64,000 nt of DNA, taken from the NCBI GenBank assembly GCA_964016885.1, contig OZ024742.1, positions 249,178,001 to 249,242,000 of the forward strand, in the 5' to 3' direction. The notes beneath the pieces are model-generated. The model worked only from the letters and a program-made list of their open reading frames with translations. It searched no databases and had not been told where the DNA came from. Within the stretch, counting starts at the first letter, position 1, and each line of letters begins with the position of its first letter. This document shows positions 34,461 to 47,735 of the stretch, piece by piece. Origin of the DNA: Eledone cirrhosa. Taxonomy: Eukaryota. A program made the translations under genes and the position numbers.

Positions 34461-36130
34461 TCTTCTGGTTTTATAATTACACAAAGTTTTACCAGTAGAG
34501 AGAGAGTCTGTTTCTAACAGACACAAGACTCTCTCATTGGAATTTACACAACATCAACTAGGTAGATTATGTATGCATGCATGCATGTGTAGATATGGAT
34601 GTTATTGTATATGGGGATATGTATGTTTTCAGTTGTATGTGTGCATGTGTATATGCTTTGCATCTGTACATGTGTATATGCAGTTATTAGATGCAAAACT
34701 TTTGGAATGTGTTACATATTTTTACTGTTCCATTAATGGATTGTACTTGTAATTTCCTAACTAGTTGTGTTCTTTCTGTTCCTGTGGAGCTTAGCTTCTC
34801 AGGATTTGTATTGAGGCAGTTACTAACATACCCCAGTGCCCCAATAATCACAGGCATAAATCTGAAGGTGTAATCAGGGTGGAGTATCTGCAGATTTCTC
34901 ATCAGTTCTGATAAATATTCTCCTTTTCACTAATCTTTGATATTATATTGGCTTCTGCTGGGCAGCTAATTTCCACTACTGTGCATGCTTTCTTCTCCCT
35001 GTCCTATATCATAATATCTGATCTGTTATGCCTGCATTTTATTGGGGTTTTACTGGAACATTCCACCAGTACTCTTTCATATTATGTTAATAGATGTCTT
35101 CCACATTGCTGTAGCTTTTAATGTGTTTATTATCGGGGCCATCTTTTTTACGAACTGCATTGTACAGTGTTTTGGCCACTACATCATGCCTCATAGGTAG
35201 ATAGTACCGCGATGACATCTTTGGACAGCTGCTGCTGACATGGGTGATATCTTCGATGTTAGTTCTGCAGAGTCTGCACTTGGTATCACATCTAAGTGTT
35301 TTGTTTGCATCCCTATCTCTTTTGTGAATCAGGTATTTCGTGTTAATCTCCTGTTCTTGGATTGCAAAAGCGTATCCTTCAAAGTGGGAGCCAATATAGT
35401 AGTCGTTGGTCCAAGATAGACTACTTTCCTTATCTATATTACTCTCACTCTGGAGCTTCCTGGCAACATATCCATGCATGAGATTTTGCTGATAAGCATG
35501 CAGTTTATCATCCATGGATTCACTGCGATACTACTGAGCGACTTCCCTGGGTGTGAGTTTTTGATTATCACACAGGGAATATCTCTCGAGGAGTTCCTTC
35601 CCAACTCTCATGAACTTATCTGTTTCATGCAGATAGACTTGCTCGAGAAACGGGCTCCTACGCTTCGAGGTTCATAGATGTAGTCGGAGAGATATGATGC
35701 GATATTCAAATGTTGTCTGGACTGATGTTAGGCCTCTGCCTCCCTGCTTACGTTTCAAGTAAAGGCACTCTATGTCACTGTTGATGTGGAAGTTTCCGGT
35801 GTTGTTTAGTATTTTTCGAGTTCCAACATCAACTGCTCGGATTTCGTCTATCGTCCAATTGAGTATTCCAAACGTTGGTGTTAGGACAGGCACAGCAAAC
35901 ATATTGTGAGCCACTGTTTTGTTTTGTGCAGAGAGTTCCGATGACCAGATCTTTTATAATCGGGTGTAGTATTTCCTGGTTACGCGTTCTTTATTACAGA
36001 TACCATTATAGGATATGTTCTCATCTATCCCCAGGTATCTGTAGCAGTCCTCATTAGATATCGGTGAAATAGTTAGGCCATTGATGACAATGTTGCTAGA
36101 TTGGGTTGTTGTTTTCCCCGCTTTACAGTC
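34461..36130 (-). mobile_element. R4/Dong-like RLE LINE, 5'-truncated, embedded in (CATA)n
   Basis: YRYLG (~36030-36045), AVPVLTPTFGILNWT, GGRGL, AIQEQEINTK, CRLC..EDITHVSSSC..RHD, and the RLE-like HNRSDIMI..VEISCP. (TATG)n on both flanks. Confidence 0.92.
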
Positions 36131-36189
36131 ATGTATGTATGTATGTATGTATGTATGTATGTATGTATGTATGTATGTATGTATGTATG

Positions 36190-36460
36190 CATTCTTCTAA
36201 GAGAAGGCAACTCAGGAAAATGGGATGACTCCGATATAAAACCTGCGGCTCAGTAGTTACCGATCATGTTGATCTTTTCTTCTTTTCGGGTTATAGCTAC
36301 TGTCGCTCAGAGAGTGGGATTGGTTCAGTGCACAGTCTTTCCTCACTTTAAAAAATACCTTCATGCACAGGCATTGCACGATAGAATTAATTAATAATTA
36401 TTAATAATGGTATATCATACAATGACCATACTCGATAACGAGGGAGCAGCCATCATCATG
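36190..36460 (+). mobile_element. Second copy of the bipartite RTE derivative
   Basis: Matches 34000-34195 and the RTE 5' UTR 29766-29902 (CAGAGAGTGGGATTGG..CTTTCC.CACTT..CCTTCA.GCACAGGCAT). Same 3' tail, then (TATG)n. Confidence 0.78.
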
Positions 36461-37199
36461 TATGTATGTATGTATGTATGTATGTATGTATGTATGTATG
36501 TATGTATGTATGTATGTATCTATGTATGTATGTATGTATGTATACACGTATGCAGGTATGTATGTATGTATGCATGTTTGTATGTATGTATGTATGTATG
36601 TATGCCGAGGCTTCGATTGCCTTAAATATTTTCGGGGGACAAACCAACATTTGTTGATTCTGAATGGAGCATAAATTGCTTATGGTGCCTTTCCCAGACC
36701 CTATCACATAAGGAACATTTTACACTAATTAAATTTTATATATTGAAATGAAGTTCAAATTTAAAACAGAATTTATTATATCAAATAAACAAAAAATAAA
36801 ATATGGACGTTTGAAAAAGTGAAGAGGGTGGACGGACTTATCCCCTGGTACCCCCCAGAAACAAGGCCCCTGTATGTATATATGTAAACGGTAAACAGCA
36901 ATAACAAAGCAAACGACAATGGTGTCGTTGGAGTTGGTATGGCAGTATGGAGTTATATCAACGTTGCTAACACAAGGAATATTTTGCATGTAACAAATAA
37001 ATCATTTGTCATTTTTTTTACTTCCACCCAATTCCCCCCCATCACCAATTCTTATTTCTTGTCCTACCACCAACGTTCTTCTCCTTCACCATCTCCCCCC
37101 CCCCCTCTTCTTCATTTTTCCTTTTCATGCTTTTCCGTCTTGATATTATTGTTGATGTGATTTTTGTAGTTTATATTTTGTTTTTATTAACTTTGTCAT

Positions 37200-37668
37200 T
37201 GTTATTGTTGTTGATGCTGATGCTGTTGATGTTGTTCATGTTATTATGTCGTGGTCTTCTTCTTCTTCTTCTTCTTCTTCTTCTTCTTCTTCTTCTTTAG
37301 TTCTCCCCCCCCCTATGTTTGTGTTATTTTAAAAGTTTTTGTTAATTGTATTATAGTTGTTGTTGTTGTTGTTGTTGTTGTTGTTGCTGGTTCTAATGTT
37401 GTTGTAATGGTGCTATTGTTGTTGTTGCTGGTTGTAATGTTGTTGTTGTTGTTGTTGCTGGTTGTAATGTTGTTGTAATGTTGTTGTTGCTATGTTTGTT
37501 GTGTTGGTGATGTTCACGAGATGTTATATTTAGAGTTGTTGTTAATGGTGGCGATGTTAGTGAGGATGGTGTAGGAATTGGTGTTTTTTGTTTCTTTAAA
37601 TGGGCTGATGTTGTTGTCCTTATTGTTGTTGTTTGTGTTGCTGTCGTCGTCGTCATTGTTGTCTTGTC

Positions 37669-37702
<34 letters not shown>

Positions 37703-37740
37703 CTTCTTCTTCTTCTTCTTCTTCTTCTTCTTCTTCTAAC

Positions 37741-37776
<36 letters not shown>

Positions 37777-37800
37777 TCTTCTTCTTCTTCTTCTTCCTCG
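37200..37800. repeat. Compound trinucleotide microsatellites (GTT, TTC, CTA, ACC)
   Basis: Direct reading. Confidence 0.9.
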
Positions 37801-38113
37801 TCCCCTTCAACTATTTTCTAAACTACTCCTCTTCCTATTTACCATTTAACCTCTTCCTTCTCCCACAGTTCTGTACCCAAAACATTCCTCACGACAACTA
37901 ACTGTCAGCAATCTTGTTCTCTGATATCTATTTCCTGATTGATGTCGGAACAACAACAACAACAACAACAACATAAACATAACATAAACATAAACATAAA
38001 CATAAAATAAATACACTAACCCCGACAGAAACAACAAACTAACAACTGCATAACTGATATCAATAGAATAACTACTGGATAATATATGTGTATATACGCA
38101 TACACACACACAG

Positions 38114-38155
<42 letters not shown>

Positions 38156-38202
38156 AAACACCCACACAAACACACACACACACAGGCAGACACAAACACA
38201 CG

Positions 38203-38246
<44 letters not shown>

Positions 38247-38289
38247 GAGAAAAATAGAGAGGGGGCGAAAGGATTGAGAAAGAGCAAAA

Positions 38290-38323
<34 letters not shown>

Positions 38324-39232
38324 ATATATATATATATATATATGCTGACCATAATTCTTAAAAGTATTACCCAAACAATCATACGCAAGTGATTTTCCTA
38401 TCTCGTCCGTGTTGCTAAAATAAGAAGTACGCTTCCCAGTTACAACTGACTGAATTCAAACCCGACATTTTTCACTGTAAATAGTTGTTTCTCAAAAGTT
38501 TCTCATCAATTTAATCTGGTACGAAATTTGGTTATATATGCCGAGCATTTAATTAATGATATCCTGAAAATAAATTACTAACATATCATTCATATAACTA
38601 ATCACCTCCACGTGTCATTAATCAACATGAACTAAACGACATATTCAAGGCAATATCTTAATTTATCTAAACGCAAATTTGCAAGTCTTTAAGATTTTCC
38701 ATACATCTAATAACCCTGATGACAGATGTCTTCTGGACTGAAAATATCAAATACATTCAACAACATTGCCCTTATTATTGACGGCACGATTTCACTAGGA
38801 TATATATGTTATGCATGTGTGTACGTGTACGTATACGTGGACGAATATGTTCAATGCAGGTATGGATATAGAATATGAATACAAATGCAAAAGATATTGC
38901 TGACAATTAGTCTTTTACCTTAAATTTGTTTGAATATCCTTAATTTTCGAATTAATATCTCTTCTTCAGAGGGAAGTAAAGGGGTTAATCCAGTGTCATA
39001 CTGACAGGAAATATATATATATATATATGTAAAATTCGGCCGTTTCAACAGCTATATACGAACATATTACTCACTCTATTACCCCAAGTATCGAGTACTC
39101 TGGGGCGTAATTGTCTAACTGTTTATATATATATATATTTATATATATATATATTTGTGTGTGAATATATATATATATGTATACGTACAAACATACATAT
39201 GAATATATACATGCATACGTATATATATATAT

Positions 39233-39337
<105 letters not shown>

Positions 39338-39411
39338 CATACATATATATATACAAACACACAAACAACACACGTTCACACATAAACACACACACACACA
39401 CACACACACAC

Positions 39412-40119
39412 GCCGGGTCAGTGTATGGCTGTTAAAGGGGCCGCGAATACATTCTGATTCATTCTAAAGGTTACCAGTGGAAGCAACCGTAACACCCTCC
39501 TCCAAATTTCAGAGAACGCAGTCAAAGTTAGTATTAAGGGCTACAAGTGAACGTTCACATGGCCCTTTTTAGGGCCACCACTTGAAATTGTTGATGGTTA
39601 TCCCTCCTTACTGGAGTCTCAGTGAACGGCTTACAAGGCCCTTTTAAGGGCCATTGAAATAACTGATGGCGACCCTTTCGTTTAGGGCTGCCAGTGAACA
39701 TGCACACGCCTCGGGGTCCATTTTATTGCACCATTCCTTTTAAAATGTGTTAAATTATACTCACAGTTTGGTAAACGTTTGTCCAGTTGCGTTACTTACT
39801 AAGGTGCGGTGGACTCCTTCGAGAAGGCTCCACATGCTGTCCGATTGCACGTCATGCCTTGCTCAAGCATTGCAGACTTCCCTCTGACATAAGTGATGAC
39901 ATCTGTCCTGCTGACTCATGCCACTTTATTAAAGTACAAAAGCACCAAGCCGATTTTCTCCACGTGGAAGGAGAAGCATACCTAATACTAATTGCATCAG
40001 AGCATTCGGTTTATTTTCTTTACATATTGTCCAGGCATGCAGTTTTTCCACGATTAGGTCTGTTGGCGTCCCGCGTTCTAAAATACCTTATCCCGTGCAA
40101 GGTCGGGTACCACTGCTAG
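39412..40119 (+). mobile_element. Helitron-like non-autonomous element (3' end secure, 5' extent uncertain)
   Basis: 39995-40119 is near-identical to 28640-28763, with hairpin CCCGTGCAAGGTCGGG and CTAG|T. Confidence 0.65.
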
Positions 40120-40526
40120 TATACCATATATATATATTTCGGTGGGTGTGTGTCTGTGTGTAAACATACATATACAAAAGTGAAAACATGAAGAATTTCT
40201 TTTTTACTGTGCTATTTTATCCAGAAGTATATCTTTACCGAAATACTACCAACAGAGATTCTATAGCAAGAATTGTAAGGAATTATGCCAGAAACTATTC
40301 CATTAGCTAATACAGACGTAACACACAACCACAGATTCTTATAGACCAACAAATTTGACATGCTTCGTCTCTTCCATATACACCTTCATTTTTCACACAT
40401 TTATTAACTAAATTGTTTTTGTTGTTATTGTAGCTGTTATTGTTTTCGTAGTGTTTGTTCTTGTTATTGCTAATATAAATGTGTTAGTGTGTTGGTATAT
40501 GTTATTTTGTTCTTCATGTAGCTATA

Positions 40527-40562
<36 letters not shown>

Positions 40563-40570
40563 CTCTCTCA

Positions 40571-40603
<33 letters not shown>

Positions 40604-41031
40604 GCACATACACACACATACACACGTACATACACACACATATATATATGTATATATGTATATACAGTACATATATATAAACATACACCCCTCCCCCACA
40701 CACACATATATAATCGCAGCTATATATAAATATATATATAACGTGGGTAATAATAAATATTGCCTAATCACAAATATGAAAATAGCTTAATGTAAATGAC
40801 AATAAAAATGTGTTTAAAACATTTAATCACTTACTTAAATTTCATACATACTTATATTTAAGTATCAGCCGTACTAAGAGTGAGAAATGAAATTTCATTG
40901 TTTCCATTTAGCGATTTCAGTACGCCCGGCCGACTAACTCACTTGATATGCAAATTAGGCTGTTCAGCCGTTAATATGCATAAGGAAAGTATATACTTTC
41001 AAACGTTCAATCAAATGACAGGAAGGTATAC

Positions 41032-41070
41032 GGTGCTGATGACAGCTAATAAGCTAGAAACTAGTTCATC
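41032..41070 (+). ncRNA. Minimal type I hammerhead (palindromic CTAG, GUU triplet)
   Basis: ggtg-CTGATGA-c agct aata agct a-GAAA-ctag-TT-catc. Confidence 0.78.
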
Positions 41071-41277
41071 ATTCCTTTGTCACTGTTGAACAAAATGGCA
41101 ACGATGGTTGCCGAACACTGTACGGCTAATAATTCGGGGTGTTTGTTTACCAACAAACCGAGCATTATAATAAATGTTCGGTAAACCCATACGTACATAT
41201 ATATATGTTTGCATGTATCTATGTATATACATACTACTATACGTCTGTATACATATATGTATGTACGTATACATACT

Positions 41278-41376
<99 letters not shown>

Positions 41377-41404
41377 TTATATATATATATATTTATATCA
41401 TATA

Positions 41405-43670
41405 GTGGTTGAACACTATATCCGTGGTAAGTAGAGCACTCAGTGCGTGGGAGGAGTTTAGTATAATGTTAGTTCCGCAAAAGTTTGCAAACCATATTTC
41501 ACCTCGAGTTAAAAATCCACTAGGTGAAACACATATCGTCGAAAACGGTTGTGGAGCTAACTTTATATATATTATATATGATGATATGAACCGACATCCT
41601 AAAACCAAGTAGACGCAAAGCAAATAATTTCCAAGCCTCTAACAAGGACATACCACACTTGTATGGACTCCGCAAAGACCATAAAACAACTAACGACCCT
41701 ATCACATGACAACCAACAAGACCTGTATGCGGAGCCAATATTGCTAGCAACTACAGTATACCTTACTTCCTCTCTATGATCGTACGCCCCATAATTAAGA
41801 TGTCCCCAGATGTATGTGACAGCACAGAGGACCTCCCCAGCACAATCAATGAGTGCAACAACGAAGACTTAACAAACTGCATAATAGACATTATGGATGT
41901 TGTGACCCTATACCCTGTGTGGAAATAATCAATGAGAGTGAGGTAGAGTTCTATGACGTTGATACGGATGAACTGGGTCTCCTATTTAGACTTAGATGTG
42001 ACAATGAATTCTTAAATAATTACGACCTTAGTAGTTTCTGCCGCAGTAGACCAATAACAGGTATACCCCCGCCCCACCATAACTTCAATGGTTAAAAGAC
42101 TCCCATGGAAAGATGGAATGGGTGGACCAAAGTCATACGGACACTCAAGAACAACGATCAGGTGTGAAAAAATGATCGCACATGCGGTAGGGGCTAGTAT
42201 TAAAACTACCCTAAAGGGCCTCATGTTTAAATTTAATGAGAAAATTTACACTCAGGATGAGAAAGCAGCCATTGGTATCAGCATAGCTAGTGATGTTGCC
42301 AACCTATTTTATGTTATCGTGGGAAATGAGACTCAGAGTACGTCTCGCATAGAACTCCATAGCCCTCGTCATGTACTCTCGTTACGTAAATGATATCAAT
42401 AGAGTAATAAAAACACCCCCACAACAGAGTACCAATTAACCCGATTTTGAAACTAACACAATGGAGAGCATCCAGCAAATAGCTAATTCCATACACCAGA
42501 TCATAACAGTAACTATCGACTACTCTTCCAAACAACCTAACAATAGACTAATAGTACTAGACACAGAACTTTAGTTAAACAATATAAACGAGAAAACCCA
42601 AATTCTCCACTCACATCATGCTAAATCCATGGCCTTCAAATACCTTATACAAAAACCTCAGAGATGTCCAATAGTGCTAAGTTTAATATTCTGATCGCAG
42701 ACTTGATAAGAGTGATGAAGAATGTGACCCGCAAGTGTAATTCAACTGAACTGGAGAGACACGTACAACACTTCATCAATCGCATGCAGTTCTCTGGCTA
42801 CAACCAAAGAGATAGAATCAGTGTATACAAAGGAGCCACGGAGAAATATGTCTTCAAAGAGATGAATATGAAAGGAATTTGCCCATTGTACAGGAGCAAA
42901 TCATGGAATAGCATAGATAGGACTAAACATAAGATAGGGAAAGCCACTTCATGGAACGAAAACCAGAGACACCAGAGTGTCATGTTCGTGGATACAACCC
43001 CAGGAGGTGAGTTATCTATCCAATTTAGAAAGGCCCTAAGAAAGACGCATTTAAAGATTAAAGTGGTAGAAAAGCCAGGAACTACCATCAAATCCCTGAT
43101 CAGCAAAACTTATCCCTTTAAGAAAACCCACTGTACTAATAGGAAATGTGTTATATGTAGAATAAACTCACGGCTAATAATTCGTAAAACTAGAAATGTA
43201 GTCTATAGCAAAAGATGTACAGAGGGCAATTGCAGAAACATGACAACGATATACATAGGTGAGACAGCTTGGTGCATAGAGGAGGGATAGACCAACACTG
43301 GGGGGAACTAAAAGGACAAAAAGACGGTTCGGTACAACATGAATACGCCAGACGAAGACATGATGGTAAAATAGACAACATAGAAATTAAAATAATATCT
43401 AAACATAGAAATGACTTAACAGGTAGACAAATCAGAGAGGCAACTGAAGTAGAACTAAGAAAACCGAAGTTGAAGAGAAAAAAATGAATGGAATAACAAC
43501 AACAACCATACACGAACATACAATAGTGACCTAAGATAAATATAAATGAATATACATAGGTACAATATCAATCACATATAAACATACAACGGATAAACTT
43601 ACAACGAGTGGAAGTATAATAGTATCACTGCTGATGCCACAGGTGTGTGATGAAAGAAATTTGATAGACC
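41405..43670 (+). mobile_element. Penelope-like element, decayed (RT + GIY-YIG + HHR)
   Basis: PHLYGLRKDHK..RPVCG (~41650-41735), FKFNEKIYTQ..AIG, RYVND (~42380), FSGY, and RNVVYSKRC..C..IYIGET (42664-43290). Confidence 0.9.
43623..43666 (+). ncRNA. Decayed minimal hammerhead at the Penelope 3' end
   Basis: tatca-CTGCTGA-tgc cac aggt gtg tgat-GAAA-gaaatt-tgata. A6 is replaced by C. Confidence 0.6.
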
Positions 43671-43704
<34 letters not shown>

Positions 43705-43957
43705 TTTTAACCATTGGTCAATCAATGATAAACATTAAGTGCCAGCTTAATTAACTCTGGAAATATAAAATATACAGAAGCGAAAACCAATCCAAACCAA
43801 AGAGTAAGTGTGTTTTAGAAAGCATTATTTTTTCCAGCAATGTTATAACAATAAGACCCTCTCCAAAAAGAAACAATATTTATTTCAACACACGATTTCA
43901 TATCAAAAACCTTTCAAAAAAAATATTCATAATCGTATATTCGTATATATCTATTCC

Positions 43958-44485
43958 TTAGTTAAGCAAAACAAGACCACAAATTTCACAAGGATGACAT
44001 TATTAAAAGATTGTCAACATATTTTAGTTTGATGTAAGGAATGTAGAGAATAATAATAATAATATTAATAATAATAATGTTACCATCTTGTTACCCATAG
44101 GCAGATCTCACACAAAGCAGCCTCGACAGATGAATACTGCTTGATTATGGCTGACAATTGATACAACCAGGACACCATAGTGAAATACCAATATATGGAA
44201 CATTACATTATGTAACATTCTCTCCTAATTTTAATTTATATTCCTTTGAAGTTCTGATGAGCCGCTCTGTTTTTAAATATGTTAATTATTTTCAACTGAA
44301 CCAGATCAATAATGATATATAGTCATCTGATCCAGAAATATTATATGGAGTAGCGAAACAATTGTAAACGAACATTATTATTATTATTATTATTCTCTAC
44401 ATTCCTTACATCAAACAAAAATATGTTGACAATCTTTTAATAATGTCTTCCTTATGAAATTTGTGGTCTTGTTTTGCTTAACTAA
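43958..44485. repeat. Fold-back cassette: ~106-bp inverted repeats around a spacer holding a hammerhead
   Basis: 43958-44063 is the reverse complement of 44380-44485, with a few mismatches. Confidence 0.9.
44251..44369 (+). ncRNA. Minimal type I hammerhead with a 94-nt stem II region
   Basis: gtt-CTGATGA-gccgctctg...tggagtagc-GAAA-caattg-TA-aac. Palindromic CAATTG, GUA triplet. Confidence 0.72.
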
Positions 44486-44655
44486 TGAATATTTCCAGCT
44501 CTGCGCACCTAACTTCTGCATGAACCCAACCACCTAGCTGCTTTCTACTGCATATTGCACATTGAGCACATGCCTTTACGCTTTGGCTTCTAACTAATTC
44601 ACCAATCTCTCCTCTCCTATCTCCATCTTTCTCTTTAAGATTGGTAACTCTTGAA

Positions 44656-44704
<49 letters not shown>

Positions 44705-45109
44705 TGAAATATATATATATATGAATGAAAATAGACTGAGCAACAGGAATGTCCATCATGAGTAGTCTGCTGATTATCATTGGTATTTCTTCGCATTAAA
44801 GACTAGCTACCTAAAATCAGTGCGAGCGATGACTAAGTAAAGTTATCGGGACAGAGCGATACATATATATTTATTTATTTATTTATTTAGTTATACATAG
44901 ATACATCCATCCATCCATCTATACATACATACATACACATGTACGCGTGTTTTCCCTCTTCATATTCTCGTGTTCCCCTGCAAAAAGAAACAGAATCCAG
45001 TTTGTTTTTTTCTCGAAGTAAAGCTACCCACTCTTTGTTTGGTGTTACAATAATATTTTCAGCTATCTGGAGTTGGGGAGAAAAGGAGAAACCCTATCTC
45101 TCACTTTTC

Positions 45110-45184
<75 letters not shown>

Positions 45185-45229
45185 ATATATGTATATACAT
45201 GTATATATATATGCATATATATATATATA

Positions 45230-45310
<81 letters not shown>

Positions 45311-45982
45311 GCAAATATCGGATTTCGGCTGTGGTCGAAAACAAAGCGAAACGCAATATCCGAGTTATGCTGGCAAGCGCTCCATGGATCAATAAAGACC
45401 AGAGCAATAAACATAGGTTATAAAGGCCATACAAAGTGAGACGGCCGTCAAGAAGCCATCAACCACCTAAGCCAAAAAGACGAGGCAAGCCAAACAGGTC
45501 AAAGAAAATAATTGAATATTTACCCGGACCCGTGGAAAAGATGGTATAATCAAGTAAAGGGTTTCTGCGACACCTAAATCAATTATACTGCCTGCTTAAA
45601 TAATAAGCTTTTGGTATAATGATCGAACAAAGCTGTGACTTCGTATTTTGGTATTTTGTTCTACGCCAGCATGCTGGATCACACAGTGGTATGTAGTAGT
45701 AAAACCACGTGTGTAACTCAGCAAGGGAGAAAACACCAGATTATGGCAGATGAATTAAGTAAGTGTAAAATTAATGCAATAATTGCAAAATGTACACAAA
45801 TCGAATTAATGTCTCGACCGAGTAGTTTTTAAAATAAACTTAAGCAATTAATCAGTGAATAGAATTATCTAAAAAAATAACTGGTTAATTGCTAGACCCG
45901 GGAGATTAATACAAATATAATTTCAGCGAGATCGGATTTCGGCTGTGGTCGAAAACAAAATATATATATATATATAATGTAC

Positions 45983-46095
<113 letters not shown>

Positions 46096-46119
46096 TATAG
46101 TATGTATATATAAATATAC

Positions 46120-46640
46120 TAATAAAAAAGCCAGTTTATTGTAGTTATTTTAAAGTTTATTGATTACATTTTTACAGTTATATATATTTCGATGTTATCT
46201 ATTACGTAATAGATAGGATCTCATCAGGCAGCTATTGTATAAACGTGTACCTAATGTGTGATATGTCCCAGGCATGTTTTGATGTTAGTCAACTACGACC
46301 CGGTTAGGGTTAGGATTCAGTAAAAGACATTCAGCTGTCATCACTAGTTAGGCGTGTTGATGTATCTGATTGGTTGATTCTCCCTACTCATCATTCCATT
46401 TTTGTTAAATGTTAATTTGACCTAGATGTCAGAATTGGTCCCGTGATCGTTCAGAAATGTTACTTTTGAAGTAAACTTGTTCAGTGAAGGGGTATGTTTT
46501 TCTTCACATTTGATTGATTTATGAAATTACTTTCATTGTGCTTCAAAGTCTCGCTATTTGGGGTTGTTTGGTGATAAATCTGACTGGTATCCTAGAATAG
46601 AATGATTATTTATGTTTAGTGGGATGTCTTATTAAAAACT
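46120..46640 (-). mobile_element. Penelope-like 3' end / pLTR relic
   Basis: rc ..ESNFINQ..PSLNK (GIY-YIG C-terminus-like), then CCAATCA, the HHR and AATAAA. Confidence 0.55.
46173..46236 (-). ncRNA. Minimal hammerhead with a palindromic stem II
   Basis: rc gc-CTGATGA-gat cc tatctatt acgt aatagata ac atc-GAAA-tatata-TA. Stem I is weak. AATAAA lies downstream. Confidence 0.72.
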
Positions 46641-46711
46641 TAGTTTGTACCAAATATATATATATATATATACATATGTATACACATATACACACACACA
46701 CATACACACAA

Positions 46712-46741
<30 letters not shown>

Positions 46742-46743
<2 letters not shown>

Positions 46744-46960
46744 CATCATCATCATCATCGTTTTTACGTCCATCTTCCACGCTAGGATGGGTTAGACGGT
46801 TTTGTTCTATTTGATGCGTGAATGGTCGGGAGACCATGTCTCGCTCGCACGGAAGCGTCTCTGGCACGTTTTGCTTACAGCTGGATGCCCTTCCTAACAC
46901 CAACCACATTTACGGTATGGACTGGGAGCCTTTTCACCATGTCTCCTACACGGCCACCTT
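46742..46960 (-). mobile_element. RTE-related SINE-like 3' portion with (ATG)n tail
   Basis: rc GGTTGGTGTTAGGAAGGGCATCCAGCTGTAA..CCGTCTAACCCATCC..GGACGTAAAAACGATGATGATG. Confidence 0.65.
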
Positions 46961-47079
46961 ACAGTGTAGACTGTTGAGTCATCGATACAGTGGACAGAAC
47001 GGGAGAGGGGGGATAGGGTAGGGTGTGAGGTGGGGTGTACATTGGGTTAAGAGGTGCCTACTGACTGTAGGTTTCTATG

Positions 47080-47700
47080 CAATGGCAGTCGGGTCTTCTG
47101 GACAACTGCATGGTGCCAAAGGTCTCGATCCAGTGTCATTGTCTTAAGAGAGGTGTAAGTGAGCAAGGTCAGTTTTTATCACCTCGTCCCAGGTTTTTCT
47201 TGGTCTACCCAGTCCGGAGCTTCCATCAATTTTCATTGCCCTGCACATTTTTATACAGCTGTCGTCCTTCATACGCATCACATGTCCATACCAACGCAAT
47301 CTCCTCTCCAGAACACATTTGATACCTCTTAAGCTTAGTCTCCCTCTTAATTCGTTTACACTTCGCCTTTCGCGCACCTTACTACTATTACACATCCATC
47401 GGAGCATGCAAGATTCATTTCTTTCTAATCTACACAGGTCTTCAGCACACAACGCCCAGGTTTCACTACCATGTAATATCGCCGTTCGTATACATCATAC
47501 AATCTGCCTTGCATTTTTAGAGAAAAAAAACATATTGGCCAACAGCGGTATTAGCTCTCTGAACTTTTTCCATGCCGCTCTAACTCTGGCTACTACACTT
47601 TCAGAGCACCCTCCTCTACTGCTGATTTTGTCACCCAGGTAACGGAAGGTGTCTACTATTTCTATAGAACCATCTGGGCAGTTGAAGGAGATATCAACAG
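47080..47700 (-). mobile_element. RTE LINE 3' fragment
   Basis: TFRYLGD (~47630-47655), HGSETW, RRLRWYGHVMR and GRPRKTWDEVI (47144-47452). Confidence 0.9.
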
Positions 47701-47735
47701 CCCATAATATATATATATATATATATATATATTAT

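Noticed and set aside
37846-37950. Polypyrimidine + CAG splice-acceptor-like site
   Set aside because: No donor or recognisable coding sequence follows.
38712-38750. CTGATGA...GAAA
   Set aside because: Stem II does not abut GAAA and there is no stem I. Probably chance.
38938-38972. Minus-strand cct-CTGAAGA..GAAA-atta-agg
   Set aside because: Stem II pairs poorly. Counted only as a possible decayed motif, not called as a feature.
39547-39700. Palindromic repeats with spacers resembling CRISPR
   Set aside because: Only 2-3 units, the spacers are themselves similar, the context is eukaryotic and there are no cas genes.
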